DNA of 57,969 nucleotides, the filler included, from Sphacelaria rigidula (Eukaryota): NCBI GenBank assembly GCA_964200075.2. It is 4 parts of 4 records of this genome, joined end to end, with 100 filler letters (N's around TTAATTAATTAA, not from the genome) between each part and the next. Parts side by side here need not be neighbours in the genome. Positions count along the whole stretch, not along the records: positions 43,554 to 57,969 come from CAXNAA020002263.1; 3 more parts are not named here. One strand, 5' to 3'. Below the pieces are notes generated by a model that had not been told where the DNA came from, did no database searches, and saw only the letters and a program-made list of their open reading frames with translations. Position 1 is the stretch's first letter; the number at the start of each line of letters is the position of its first letter. The translations under genes and the position numbers were made by a program. Positions 47,463 to 57,969 of this stretch are shown here, piece by piece.

Positions 47463-50400
47463 ACTACTTTGTGGGTCGCGGGTCGTGATCGTGGTGGTCG
47501 CTATCGTAGCTGAGCTCTCCAAGACGGAACAATTCGAGGACATTTACCGTTGCAGTTTGGAGGGGATTGCGCTGGGGGGATTACGCTGTGGGGATAGAGT
47601 CAACGGAAACTCATCGCATACCAAGACCACCGATCGCCGTACAAGGTTGAAAACAGCCGATCATCCATTTTGAGGATGGAGCTCTTCACTGAGGATCATA
47701 ACCCGGAAAAATACAATATTTTGCGTCCACACAAATTCTTCGAGATATGGTTCCATTCCTTCGTCTGCTGGTAGCCATTGATAGCTACTGCACGCCATAA
47801 AAAAATGGATTCCAATGACCGAAATTCGGGGGTCCTACGTGAAGAACAATTCGCGGGAATTTAAGTGATCCGGCCGGATCACCTACATTCCCAACATTTT
47901 CTTTTTCACCTAGGACCCCCAAATTTCAGTTATCGGAATCCAAATTTCTATGACGCGTAGAAATTGTCGATAGCTACCAGCAGACGAAGGAATAGAACCA
48001 TACCTCGAAGAATTGGTGTGGGTGCGAAGATTTTCATTGTCCGGGTGATCATTCTCAAAAAAAATCCCCATGCTCAAAAGGAATGGTCGGCTGTTTGAAA
48101 CCCATCTTTTGAGACCAGTGAAATCCTCATATTTCCTGCTCTTTTTGCTTTCAACGAAATCGTGGGCACACAAAGCCAACAGTGCCGCTAAAACCTTTTC
48201 TGGTTTGTGCCGCACCCTGGTTGCCGCATTTAAGTGTATACGGTAGTCCGACCGCTATGATGGTCGTACAGCACGATGTCGTACTTCGTAGAAATAGCAG
48301 TATGACGTTTTTCGTACTGCCGATGTCTTCATGTTGGGCCTCAAAAATACTTTTCTGTGTATGGACCCCGTCCCCGCCCGGCCCTTCTCCCCGCCCGCCT
48401 CCGTATCTTTGGACAATTCAGGAGTGGAGTTCTGCAGGGAGATCAGGTCTAACCCTGGAAAGAGCGTCGGTGGGACCTCGGAGGCAGGCGATGGGCAGGG
48501 AGTGGGAGGGCTGCCCGGGTTGGTCGTCGCCCCGGCCGATCGAACAAAATTGTTGATGCACACCACGGCTGCTGGGAGTGTGAAATCGGATGAGCTTGAG
48601 GTAAGTGAAATGCGGTGGGCACGATGCGGTAGCCCGGGGGTAACGCAGCAGCTTTCGGAGTACCTTGTAGAAACTGGACATCGTGTATCGTAGAGAAGCC
48701 TGGCATGTGTAACAACGGCTGTGTTGCCGTGGCCCTCACTCACGATTGCGTGCAGGAACGTATGCATTTTTTTACCATGGATTGTATTACTAATACGTTT
48801 TTTAAGCACAAATACCGTCTGCATGCCTAACTCAGCGTATTCGACTTATCGCTTGAACATCGTTAAGTGTTTATGCACATCAGTAGACGGCGACTTGGAT
48901 GCTTGGTGAGCATCGACAGTGCATCATTCCGCTACACAAGCTGTGCCGTCGGGGAGAAGATGCTTACAGCCCGCTTGGTAAATTAACGATTACAGCCCCC
49001 TGGTGTGTGTCTGTATCTACTCTGCTGCCCTGAAAGCGTTGGGATTTTTTTTTTCATTTTTGTTATTTTTAAATATATTTATTATTTTTATTTCAAACCA
49101 ACCATTTCTCTCTGTGCTTTTCTTTTCTTTACTTTATATATATACATATTTCACGTCCTCGTCTACGATGCCGTTCTGTTCGACTTTTTCTATTCTTTCT
49201 TTTTCTTCAGCGAGTGTTTCAGTTTTGTCTCGTTTTGGGTACATTTATCATGTGACCACGCTGGATCCCTAGGGGGTCAGTTAAAGCGTGACTGACAATC
49301 AAGCGGTCAATCACGCAATCAATCAAGCACCGGGCGGTATTTGACGAAGTTGTACTACATTCCTTGAAAACCGCAAGAATATTCCGCGTAAGACGCGGCT
49401 TCTTACGTGTGATGGCGGGGTTGGATGCCTCATGCGTGAGCTCATTGGTTGAAAGCTGTTAGCGTCGGGGAGAGCAAGGTGCTGACTCTTCAGGGCTGCA
49501 GGAAGTCGTGAAATTTGACACGGTCAAGATGGACAACATGGACGCGACAGCTGAGGTCAGACCTCGCTGTAGCTCTAACCTCAACCCAAGACCTAACCTA
49601 ATCTCACCGTGGTGATAATCCAGCTCTATCCCAATGGTCAACAAAACTGAAACCCCGATTCAAACCTTATCCCCACAGTCTTCAAGCCCTGTGAAGATAC
49701 CGGACGTGATACAATCTTTGAGACAGCTCTCACCTGGCGTTACCTGAAGGGGTAGCTTGTGGTAGCTTGATACGTCGTAGCGAAAATGACTTGAGGGCGC
49801 AACGCGTGTGGGAAACGCGAGCTGGTCGTACGATATTGTCGCTATTCGGATTCGATTCCTACATAGATCCGTCAAAAGGGTGGGTGGTGTTCCAGTTTGA
49901 CCGTCGGGTCGTGGTATCGAGTCCATGGTCGCACCTGAGCACATTTTTTTCACATCTCAGCGTGTAGCTCCTCTTCATAATGTAGCAAGTGGTGTTGCTG
50001 TCGGTCGCAGAAATTTACACCTGATCATACCGTGAATGCTACGTGAAAATTCCTCCAAGCGTCATGCTCTGGGTCGCAAGTCTCCGCACGTTTGTCGCAT
50101 GCTCTGCTGAAATACGTACACACGCTTTCTTGCTCTCTGTACCGACGTTCCCCCGGTCGTTGGAGTATCGACTTGGCTGTGGTGCGCACTTTTCAGCCCC
50201 GCTCGCCGGCTCGCCCTCTACCGTCGCACCTCTATCCCCACCGCAACTGCCACAGTCATTCTTAGAGGAGGGACTGGTGGAGCAGTTCATCCCACAGCCG
50301 CTCGACATCACCACGCTGTTCGAGTTCCTCAAGCTTTTCGAGACGCCAAATAACCAGTATAGCACGGTGGCTAAGAAGCTCAGCCTTGCTCTTACGCAAG

Positions 50401-53177
50401 ATGACCTCCGGGCGTCGGGAACCATGCTGACGTCGGCCTCGCGCAAGTCGATGCGTCATACGAGGTGACATCTTCCACCGTAGGGCGAGGGTCCCACTCT
50501 AGTGCGGCACCTGGGTACGGCGTGGTTGATTGATTGGTTGTCACACATTAACTGATTCTCGAGGGTCTCGGCCGTGGCCACAACAGAGGCGTACCCAAGG
50601 TAAGCAAAACTAGAACACTCGCTAAAACATGCGAAGAGAACAGAAAGGTGGGGCGGACAGAGGATACTGAAAAAAACGAACAAAGAGACGAGCGAACAAA
50701 CACACACACAAACAAACAAACAAACAAACAAACAAACAAACAAACAAACAAACAAACAAACAAACAAACAAACAAACAAACAAACAAACAAAGTAAGTAA
50801 GTAACTAACTAAAAAAGAAAACGAAACGAAACGAAACAAGACGAAAAAAGCGCTAGAAATACCCGGCCTCTGCAGCGTGGCTTCATGTAGAAACTATGGA
50901 GTGATTAAGGCCAAAGACACGGCACTTTGGAGAAGGTACAAGCGTACAACAACGAAACACCTCAAGATCGCCGACGAAAGACAGAATCAACAACCTAGAC
51001 GAAAAAAAAGGGGGGGGAAACATCACTTTCCGAATTAACGTAGCATCTCCCACTCATCCCTAGTCGGATATCAAGCGGCACATTCTCTCCGCCATTTTCA
51101 TCTTGAATCCCTCGCGAGCTGATGCTTTTGTTGTGTTAACGACGGCAGCTCTCCGTGAGAACCCCAGAGCTACCGCAGTGAAAATAGCTGTGCACAGCCC
51201 CGACGACGTTCAGCACTGTGTTCAAGGAAAAACCCACCTGAACCGGAGTCATGCGCGCTTCCGCCTTTTGCTACCGGAATCGATTTGCAAATAATGGACC
51301 CCCCGCACCCCGTCTAATGGGAAACTATGACAGGATACTTAGATGTGTAGGATATCCCAGATGGACATGGAAGATGACATGGTGCACCAGATGAAAATGA
51401 CGCGATAATGCAGGGTTATCGCTCGTACACCACCTCAAGTTTGGGGGCTTCTTCCGACCTCCACTAATCCAGAGACACGAAAAAACTGACGCCGTAAGAA
51501 AATGGAAAATGATAATAACGGAGGTGAAGACAGAGAAAACGAGGAGGAGGAACAACTAGAATGGACGACGAAAAAGAAAAGTATATGCATGTACATACAA
51601 AGAGCATGCACAAGGATTATTAGTGGGAGACAAAGCTAGAGTCACAAGCCAAGTAGAGAAGGCGGGCAGCAATAAGACAGGAGAGGCGTGCTGGTCCCTG
51701 GAAACCTCCTAGCCTCCCATTCTTCCCGTCTCTAGTCAGGGATAAAGTGGGCCACTCTATCGGCCATGCCAATCCTAGCTTCCTCGTGAGCTGTCGTTGC
51801 CTTTCCTGTGCGTGTAGTGGCGACTCCTAATTTCTCGGTGCTCAACGTAGCAGTCTCTTACTTGTGACGTAGGTCGGACATATGTCCGTAGACGAACACT
51901 CTTGACACGAGCAACAGCGTGCTGCTGGGAACCACAGGCCAGACAAAGTCCCGTGAGGGGTAAGTCAAGTCACAGCATTAGCTTTGACGGAAAGTCCGAT
52001 GTTTTGTTTTTCATGTTCTGAAAGTGATCGTTAGTGATGCACTTGAGCGTGGCAAAGGAACTTTCCAAATCTTGAAGCTTGGTATCCGCGCACATCCCCT
52101 TTTCATCACCTGTGCGATCCGAAATGGGGCATGTATGTGTTGTCGCCCATACGGTTCGATTCGGGAAATTGGAGGAGAAAAATTGTCACCCTACCACGGA
52201 AAACAATTGAAACATCGTATATCTCTGTTGCAGAATAAGGGTTAATGTGGAGGTCGTGAGGCTCCGGTGACGGTAGCTACGGTCGAAGGTGGCCGATTAT
52301 TTCCCTCGTGTTATGTAGTCAAGGATTGACCGTAAGTCGTGGGTTCAGGCACGTAGATCACTCGGGAGAGCTCGACGACCGCGAGCGAATTGGCCAGGAG
52401 AAGTGATCCCCAGGTATTGACAGCAGCTCGCTGGACAGATCCCTGTTACCTTGGGGCCCCAGATCCAGCTGTACAGATATGGAAGTTTCGGGGCTCCCGG
52501 ATACTACCTCTGAAACAGCCGTTCACTAGGTTACACGTCATAAAAATAAGTATTTCCGCACAAGTCAAAATGGCGATCTCCACATTAGGTATGGATACAG
52601 CGAAAAGAAGCAGGGTTATAATCTCTGTCTCGTGAACCAGGGTTCCAATCACTGACTCCTGTACCCCCTCCCCGCCCGGTCCGGTGAGAACCCGGCGTGC
52701 TCCGTCCTGGCTTTGTACGGATGCGAGGTCAATGGTCTCATGACTATGGTATGCATGATCATGAGTACATCCCTCCGCCCCCCGCCCACTGCCCCCGCAC
52801 GCACCCGCCCCCGTTCCCCGTCCCGCACTATCGTCGAACCACTCAGGACCCAGAAGCAGATCGGAGCAGACACCGCCAATACCGCTGCAGCCTCGGTGGT
52901 TGACACTAGATCTCGGGGTCAGAAGCGGACGTGGTGGGGGGCGCGCAGAGCACCACCGCCCCCATCTCAAGACGATATGGCGTACCTCTTCTTCTCCGTG
53001 AAAGGGAAAGAGGATAGGACCGTGCCTCAGATGGACTTGTTCGGGCTCAGAAAAGAGGAAAGGGACCGGAACAGGTATACCTCCAAACCGCTCGAGAAAC
53101 GTATACCTTCGAAGAATACACATCACGAAAACGACATATTTCAGGTGGCCAGCAAAAATATGCGCACCCAGGAATAG
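45873..53177 (+). CDS. Response-regulator receiver (REC/CheY-like) domain protein, 5' part missing
   Basis: Phase-compatible exons 45873-45963 (VAHTAEDALGILRTGTYQVAVVDLHMPVMSG), 48422-48600 (VEFCREIR...LLMHTTAAG..SDELE) and 50256-50464 (SFLEEGLVEQFIPQPLDITTLFEFLKLF). Probable last exon 52847-53177; alternatively the CDS stops at TGA 50468. Confidence 0.72.
46126..46567. mobile_element. Foldback palindromic element, family A copy 1
   Basis: 442-bp imperfect palindrome centred on TCCGATCGGA at about 46346. Confidence 0.8.
46663..47076. mobile_element. Foldback element, family B (diverged copy)
   Basis: Long inverted arms; homologous to 54457-54881 in the opposite orientation. Confidence 0.75.
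47305..47465. repeat. (GTT)n microsatellite
   Basis: Trinucleotide array visible directly. Confidence 0.92.
47653..48094. mobile_element. Foldback palindromic element, family A copy 2
   Basis: 442 bp, centre GTGATCCGGCCGGATCAC, ends ACAG..CTGT, flanked by TTGAAA on both sides. Confidence 0.8.
49080..49325 (+). mobile_element. Retroposon 3' end with degenerate (CAAT)n tail
   Basis: Same family as 43620-43905. Confidence 0.6.
50525..50830 (-). repeat. Diverged (CAAT)-tailed retroposon copy plus (CAAA)n microsatellite
   Basis: TTGATTGATTGGTTGTCACATTAACTGA..GCCGTGG..CAAAACTAGAACACTCG, then a CAAA array at 50710-50790. Confidence 0.65.
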
Positions 53178-54456
53178 GCATTTCTCTGCGGCACTGCGCG
53201 ATATTGCAGCTGTCAGTTTGAGTGCTGTGTTTTTGTCGAGATCCTGTGTTCACATCCCGCACAACTGGTGCAGAGATAGGCAGCTCTCCAACTGTGCATG
53301 TACAGAGGTCGGACGGTAGCTTTCAAATGCAGCCTTGACCATCATCGAAGTCGTTGACCCCACAACGAACCAGACGAATGATAGTAGACACTCGCAGCCT
53401 GTACAACACGAAGCGGGGAGAGAACTACGATGCGGAGAACGTTTGCGGTGTACAGTAGTCCCCGCGCGCAATACATCAGAGGAGTTCTTGAATACAGCCA
53501 GCAAAGGTCACCATATTATCTGAAGACCCGGATCGACAATGTTTGGACACTCCACCGGCCATTCTTGTTTGTATTCGACATGATGTAAATGATGCTACTG
53601 TACACGTTGTATTTGTTACCCGCAGAGTGTCCAAGACCCCGAAGCCGTGGCGCCCCGGGTCGCCAGCCCTTGCGCCGATGTCCCCAGTTGTTTCCCAGTC
53701 CCCGCTAGACATAACTCTTGGGGACCAGGAGGACGTCACCCCAGCCGTTACGCCGATGTCTCCGGCCGTTTCTCAGCCCCCTCCAGTCGATACGCCTGGA
53801 GATCACGAGGAGGGCGGACAGGCAGCTGTGGCGGTCGACGGGGTGGCGTAGGGGGGGAGATACATGGTAGCGCTAGTCAACTTGAGGCGACATTACCGTA
53901 CCGAGGGTGGGCGACCTGATGAGATTCGTCAGTTCTTCTCCCAATATGATGTTTGGCAAGCATTAACATAGGCAGTAGTTCATGTAGGACCGGTTGCGGA
54001 TCTTGTTGGAGCGGGGGTGCAAGTCAAGCCAGAGACGGGCGGCGACAGACGTCTCGCGTTATAATGGCCTCCGCCATATTATATATATGCTCTGGTGTGA
54101 TTGAGAGGCGTCAAGTTTTGACACCAGAAGGCACGGTAGCCTCCCACAAGGCAGCTCCCCACAAGATCCGTGCTTGAGTTGTATCCCAGGATAATGCGGT
54201 GAGGTCTACTAATGCCTCCCTCCACTAGGAACTTGCGGATATTAAAGCAATACGGTGTGCAATCTATTCACAGCACGCTATCGATTACCTTCGCTCACAT
54301 CTAGAAACGTCACAGCGGCTGCCGGTCGTGAACATCGACGCACGAGAGACAGCCCGTGCGCCATTTTATTCGTGAAGTTATCGCGGTCTCGACGTAGTAC
54401 GCGGCTACTGAGAGATACAACTTTCCCACTTGACAATTGATATGTGAGAAGACTAA

Positions 54457-54881
54457 ACAGCGGATTCTCGAAAATGGGGTTGAAAAAACAGTTTAGGTTC
54501 AACTCTAAAGCCGTGCTTTCCCTGGCCTAAATTCATGACAAATGACTTTCATATGGACGACCCCATCCCTCCCGACCCGCCTAAAACTATTTCGGGGGGT
54601 TTCTAGCCTTCCGTTCCCCCAAAGGGTAAGTGCGAAAGCACGCTTTTTGGGCCAAAAAATGTCCTTTTTTCACTCCGAAATCGAGGCAAAAGTGTGCTTT
54701 CGCACTTACCCCCCCTTCGGGGGAATGGAAGGCTAGAAACCCCCCGAAATAGTTTTAGGAGGTCGGGATGGATGAGGCCGTCCGTATGAAAGTCATTTGT
54801 CATGAATTTAGGCCAGGGAATGCACGGCTTTTGAGTTGAACCTCATTTTGTTTTTCAACCCCATTTTCGAAACTCCACTGT
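54457..54881. mobile_element. Foldback element, family B
   Basis: About 190-bp highly similar inverted arms around a spacer of about 50 bp; ends ACAG..CTGT. Confidence 0.85.
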
Positions 54882-56224
54882 TACTAGTCTCTGGTAACAG
54901 GCCACTTGCCTTCGTCGGGTAGAGCGGAACAATCACGCAGTCATGAAGGTATCGTCAGCGCGAGTGGATCCCCGTAAACACTTCAAGGAAAACAACGACT
55001 CTTTTTGTCGAAGATCGGTGCTTTCAAGTGTTGGGCGCGCGATCAACCCTATGCCCAACCGGCAGTGATAAAAGGTCGCTTCGCGTTTTCGGCGGATGAT
55101 ATCGTTCCTACTGCTGCTCGAATTGCACTCTCGACAATATTTCCTGATCGAGTTGTTGTTTTCTACTTTCCTGACCGCGTTGTTGTACTACCGAGTAGCA
55201 CCACGCTATCGCAGGCTCTCGGCATTTAAGCTAACAGGGTATGTTGGGTCATTATCATCGGGCGAGCAGCTCCGGGGGTGCCCCGTATCGTCGGATGGCT
55301 CGAAGATATTTTTGGCCTTGAGCCGTGCGTAGGCGGTCACCAGAAATACATGCAAACTGTTGCTGCATATCAACGCCCGCTCATTATGATCGAGTTCAAT
55401 GGACCATCACCAGCCGGAGTCCACGGGAAAGGTGGTCAGCTTGCCATATTACAAGTCATGTATAAAGTCGGTGTGCGTGAGGGGGGGGAACGAATTAGAG
55501 AGGGTGTGCTATCTTGGCAGGTTCTACCAAGTAAAAGTTGAGACCCAGCTACGCAGTGTGCGTTTTTACAGGCATAATAGCAATGTCATCATCGACATTT
55601 TCTTGTGTTAATACCGTATAAGGTTGTGCATGTGAACCCCTCCGGAGGCGAATGTTACTACTTGTCGAAGCCCGTGTCGCAGAACGTACCTTCAGTGACC
55701 CCATCCTTCCTTGCTGGCATTGGCTAGGTAGCCCTTGTACTATTAACTGTAACATAGTCAGAGTCATTCTAAGATAGAGGCTGCGGGGGATGCTTTCAGC
55801 CACTTCTTGCGCGAGACCTTCACTCTGAAGTGCCGCTGCAAGGAGAGTGTTTTTGGATACTCTTAGCATCAATATGATGCACGCACTATTGTACCATGCA
55901 CGCACAAGCACACGACGAGTGTGCGAGGGAGGGTGACACGCCTATGAAGCTGTGTGATGCTACGGTAGGGGTGCACAAATATTTTCTGAGATTCGAATCG
56001 TTGGGAGCACTTTATTTAATCCAAAACACGACTTATGAAATACAGTATGTGAGAGTACGCTAGGATTACTGTTCCAATGTGCTGAGGATATCCCAAATGG
56101 ACTTGCAAACTGGGATATCTTGAACCACCTTCCTGTGCATCTAGAATCGTGAGGAGCCCCTGAATCAGCAAGAGTTTGCGCTCAAAGTGCACCCCAACCG
56201 TGGCATTGCTCAGCCTTTTGTTTT

Positions 56225-56560
56225 GTACAATCAAATATTCCCGCCCCCCCTCCCCCCCCGATCAGAGGAAGAAATGCGGGACGTGAACGAAGGGGGCACG
56301 GAATCGTTTGATGCATTAGACAGTAGGGAAAACACGATGGCTATACTAGGGGATAGATGGTGGCCGCAGTCGGCGAAACAGGACGGGGATAAGACATGTA
56401 AATGATTTTTGTGTGATGTACGGAAGAAACGCGATCAGCACCGGAATGTTAGAGGTGTCCTTAACGGGAGTAGAAACAGTGCTCCGTGTCAAAAGGGATG
56501 CGCGGTCAACGGTCACACGACCAAGGCAAGCAACAAATGAGTACGTCCCCCTTCCCCCCG
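56225..56560 (+). mobile_element. LINE 3' terminal fragment
   Basis: Degenerate ORF end AILGDRWWPQSAKQDGD...GSRNSAPCQKGCAVNGHTTKASNK*, homologous to the end of the RT-bearing fragment at 6168-6253; ends in a C-rich tract. Confidence 0.65.
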
Positions 56561-57329
56561 ATCTATGGTGGGACACCCATGGGGCAGTGTGTAAACCGTG
56601 ACTGTCTCTAGAAGCGGCGATACCAGGGAATGAAGCACTTCACTGGAGGCTGTCATCCAAATGCAAGATTTCAGTACGCTTCGGGCCGGATAATCTTAGT
56701 AGGATGCAGCTCACCCTTCATGCGATTGGCCGAACAAACCCCGGCGCTTCGCGCTTGGTGATTGATTGCGAGCCTGGTCTGGCGAAAACCCGACGTGTTC
56801 CGTCCCCGCTTTGTAGGGATGCGAGGTCAAAGGTCATACGACTGCGGCATGCAAGATCATGAGTACGCCCCCCCCCTCGATCTAACATAGGATCACGGTT
56901 CAGTTCGCCTGCTTTTGCGAGGCGATACTCTGCATGCGGCTCATCGTATTCGTCCGCAACAGCACCCCGCAGAAAGTCTGGGAATGCTCAGTATGCATGA
57001 TGACACGTAACTATTTACTCTCTCCGTGCCCACCTTACTCAATCATTCTCCTGAGGACCCTATATATGCGAACCATACGCGCTATTTTTAATCACACCAT
57101 ATTTTTAAACGGTGCGTTGGCATGGGAGAATCTTCGTAGGCGTGTCTACATATGCGCCTGAATCATTTTCTCGGAGAAGGGAGCTAGGTGATCCAGCTAT
57201 TGTAACGGCGGCCAGTTAGGGCGACATATTGCAGGTCCGAACGGCGACAGATTCTGCCGTTTCGAATAGGATTTGGCTCCCGTCTTTGGAACCGTGAGCA
57301 CGTGCTCAGCAACGAGTTTCGACGAGAGT

Positions 57330-57485
57330 CTACGGGGTGTAGAGTGGTGATCCAATAAACGACCACAAGATGTTGGTCAGGTACCGGCGGCAAGTGGGTT
57401 CGATCCCTCTCGACCACTGACGCGTCCCGAAGGAGGGGAAGGGTTGAAAGCATGACGATATATATACATATATATATATATACGT
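57330..57485 (+). mobile_element. Possible SINE (B-box GGTTCGATCCC, (TA)n tail)
   Basis: Pol III B-box at about 57397 followed by a short body and a TA microsatellite. Confidence 0.3.
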
Positions 57486-57969
57486 ACTATATACCAAATC
57501 AGCCGTATACGTTAAATACACTGCATGTACATACGTACATACACGCCCTGGCAGGTGAATTTCCTGCAACTGTTGCAGGCGCAAGTAAGAGGCCACCTGC
57601 GATGCTGAGTCCATGGCAGAAGTGCTCAGTCATCGACAAGTGTACCTTTGTCCTTGGTCCTCCCTTACCCTCAAGTCGCTCGTTCCTTAGATCCTTAGAT
57701 GTCGTTCGTCATCGCTGAACGTACCTCAAATCGTTTTCAATACGGCTATGTACGTTTCTCGGACGTCCTTAGATATTTCCTACACGTCCCTAGACGATTC
57801 TTTAGTGCCCTTGTGCACAAGCTCTGGCTGTGGACGCCCCGACTTTGAATGTCTCTGCATAAGTTTCGACGCTTTCTACGATAGCCCCCCTCCAAAACAA
57901 GCTAATAATGTCACGAAAAAAATGGCCATACGGCGCCTGATGTTCGGGTTCAGGCTACATGAAGCGCCT

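Noticed and set aside
49461..49556. Possible extra in-frame exon of the REC gene
   Set aside because: It would split helix alpha4; direct splicing 48600>50256 fits the fold better.
45231..50839. Long low-complexity ORFs (RFVSF, poly-V/L/N, FVCL repeats)
   Set aside because: Translations of microsatellites.
53500..54260. Possible LTR-retrotransposon remnant or Pro-rich ORF
   Set aside because: No integrase, RT or gag motif and no LTR pair could be identified.

Overview
Eukaryotic, intron-rich DNA most consistent with a brown alga (Phaeophyceae, stramenopile), inferred from the ROCO gene type, an ASAF-type plastid presequence and the repeat style. The window is not one locus. It is four size-sorted contigs (1-14418, 14519-28936, 29037-43453, 43554-57969) joined by artificial N44-TTAATTAATTAA-N44 spacers. 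Contig 1 carries a multi-exon LRR-ROC-COR (ROCO) GTPase gene with unusually few LRRs and a non-kinase C-terminal domain. Contig 2 has a 3'-truncated NDUFAF5-like gene head-to-head with a C1orf52/UPF0690-like gene, plus a complete plastid-targeted DUF179/UPF0301 gene. Contig 3 appears to be repeats only. Contig 4 hides a 5'-truncated response-regulator receiver-domain gene whose conserved Lys is replaced by Gln; one of its introns is a GC-AG intron containing three foldback elements. MITEs, LINE fragments, retroposon tails and microsatellites are abundant. All gene models were spliced by eye and need RNA-seq or HMM confirmation.
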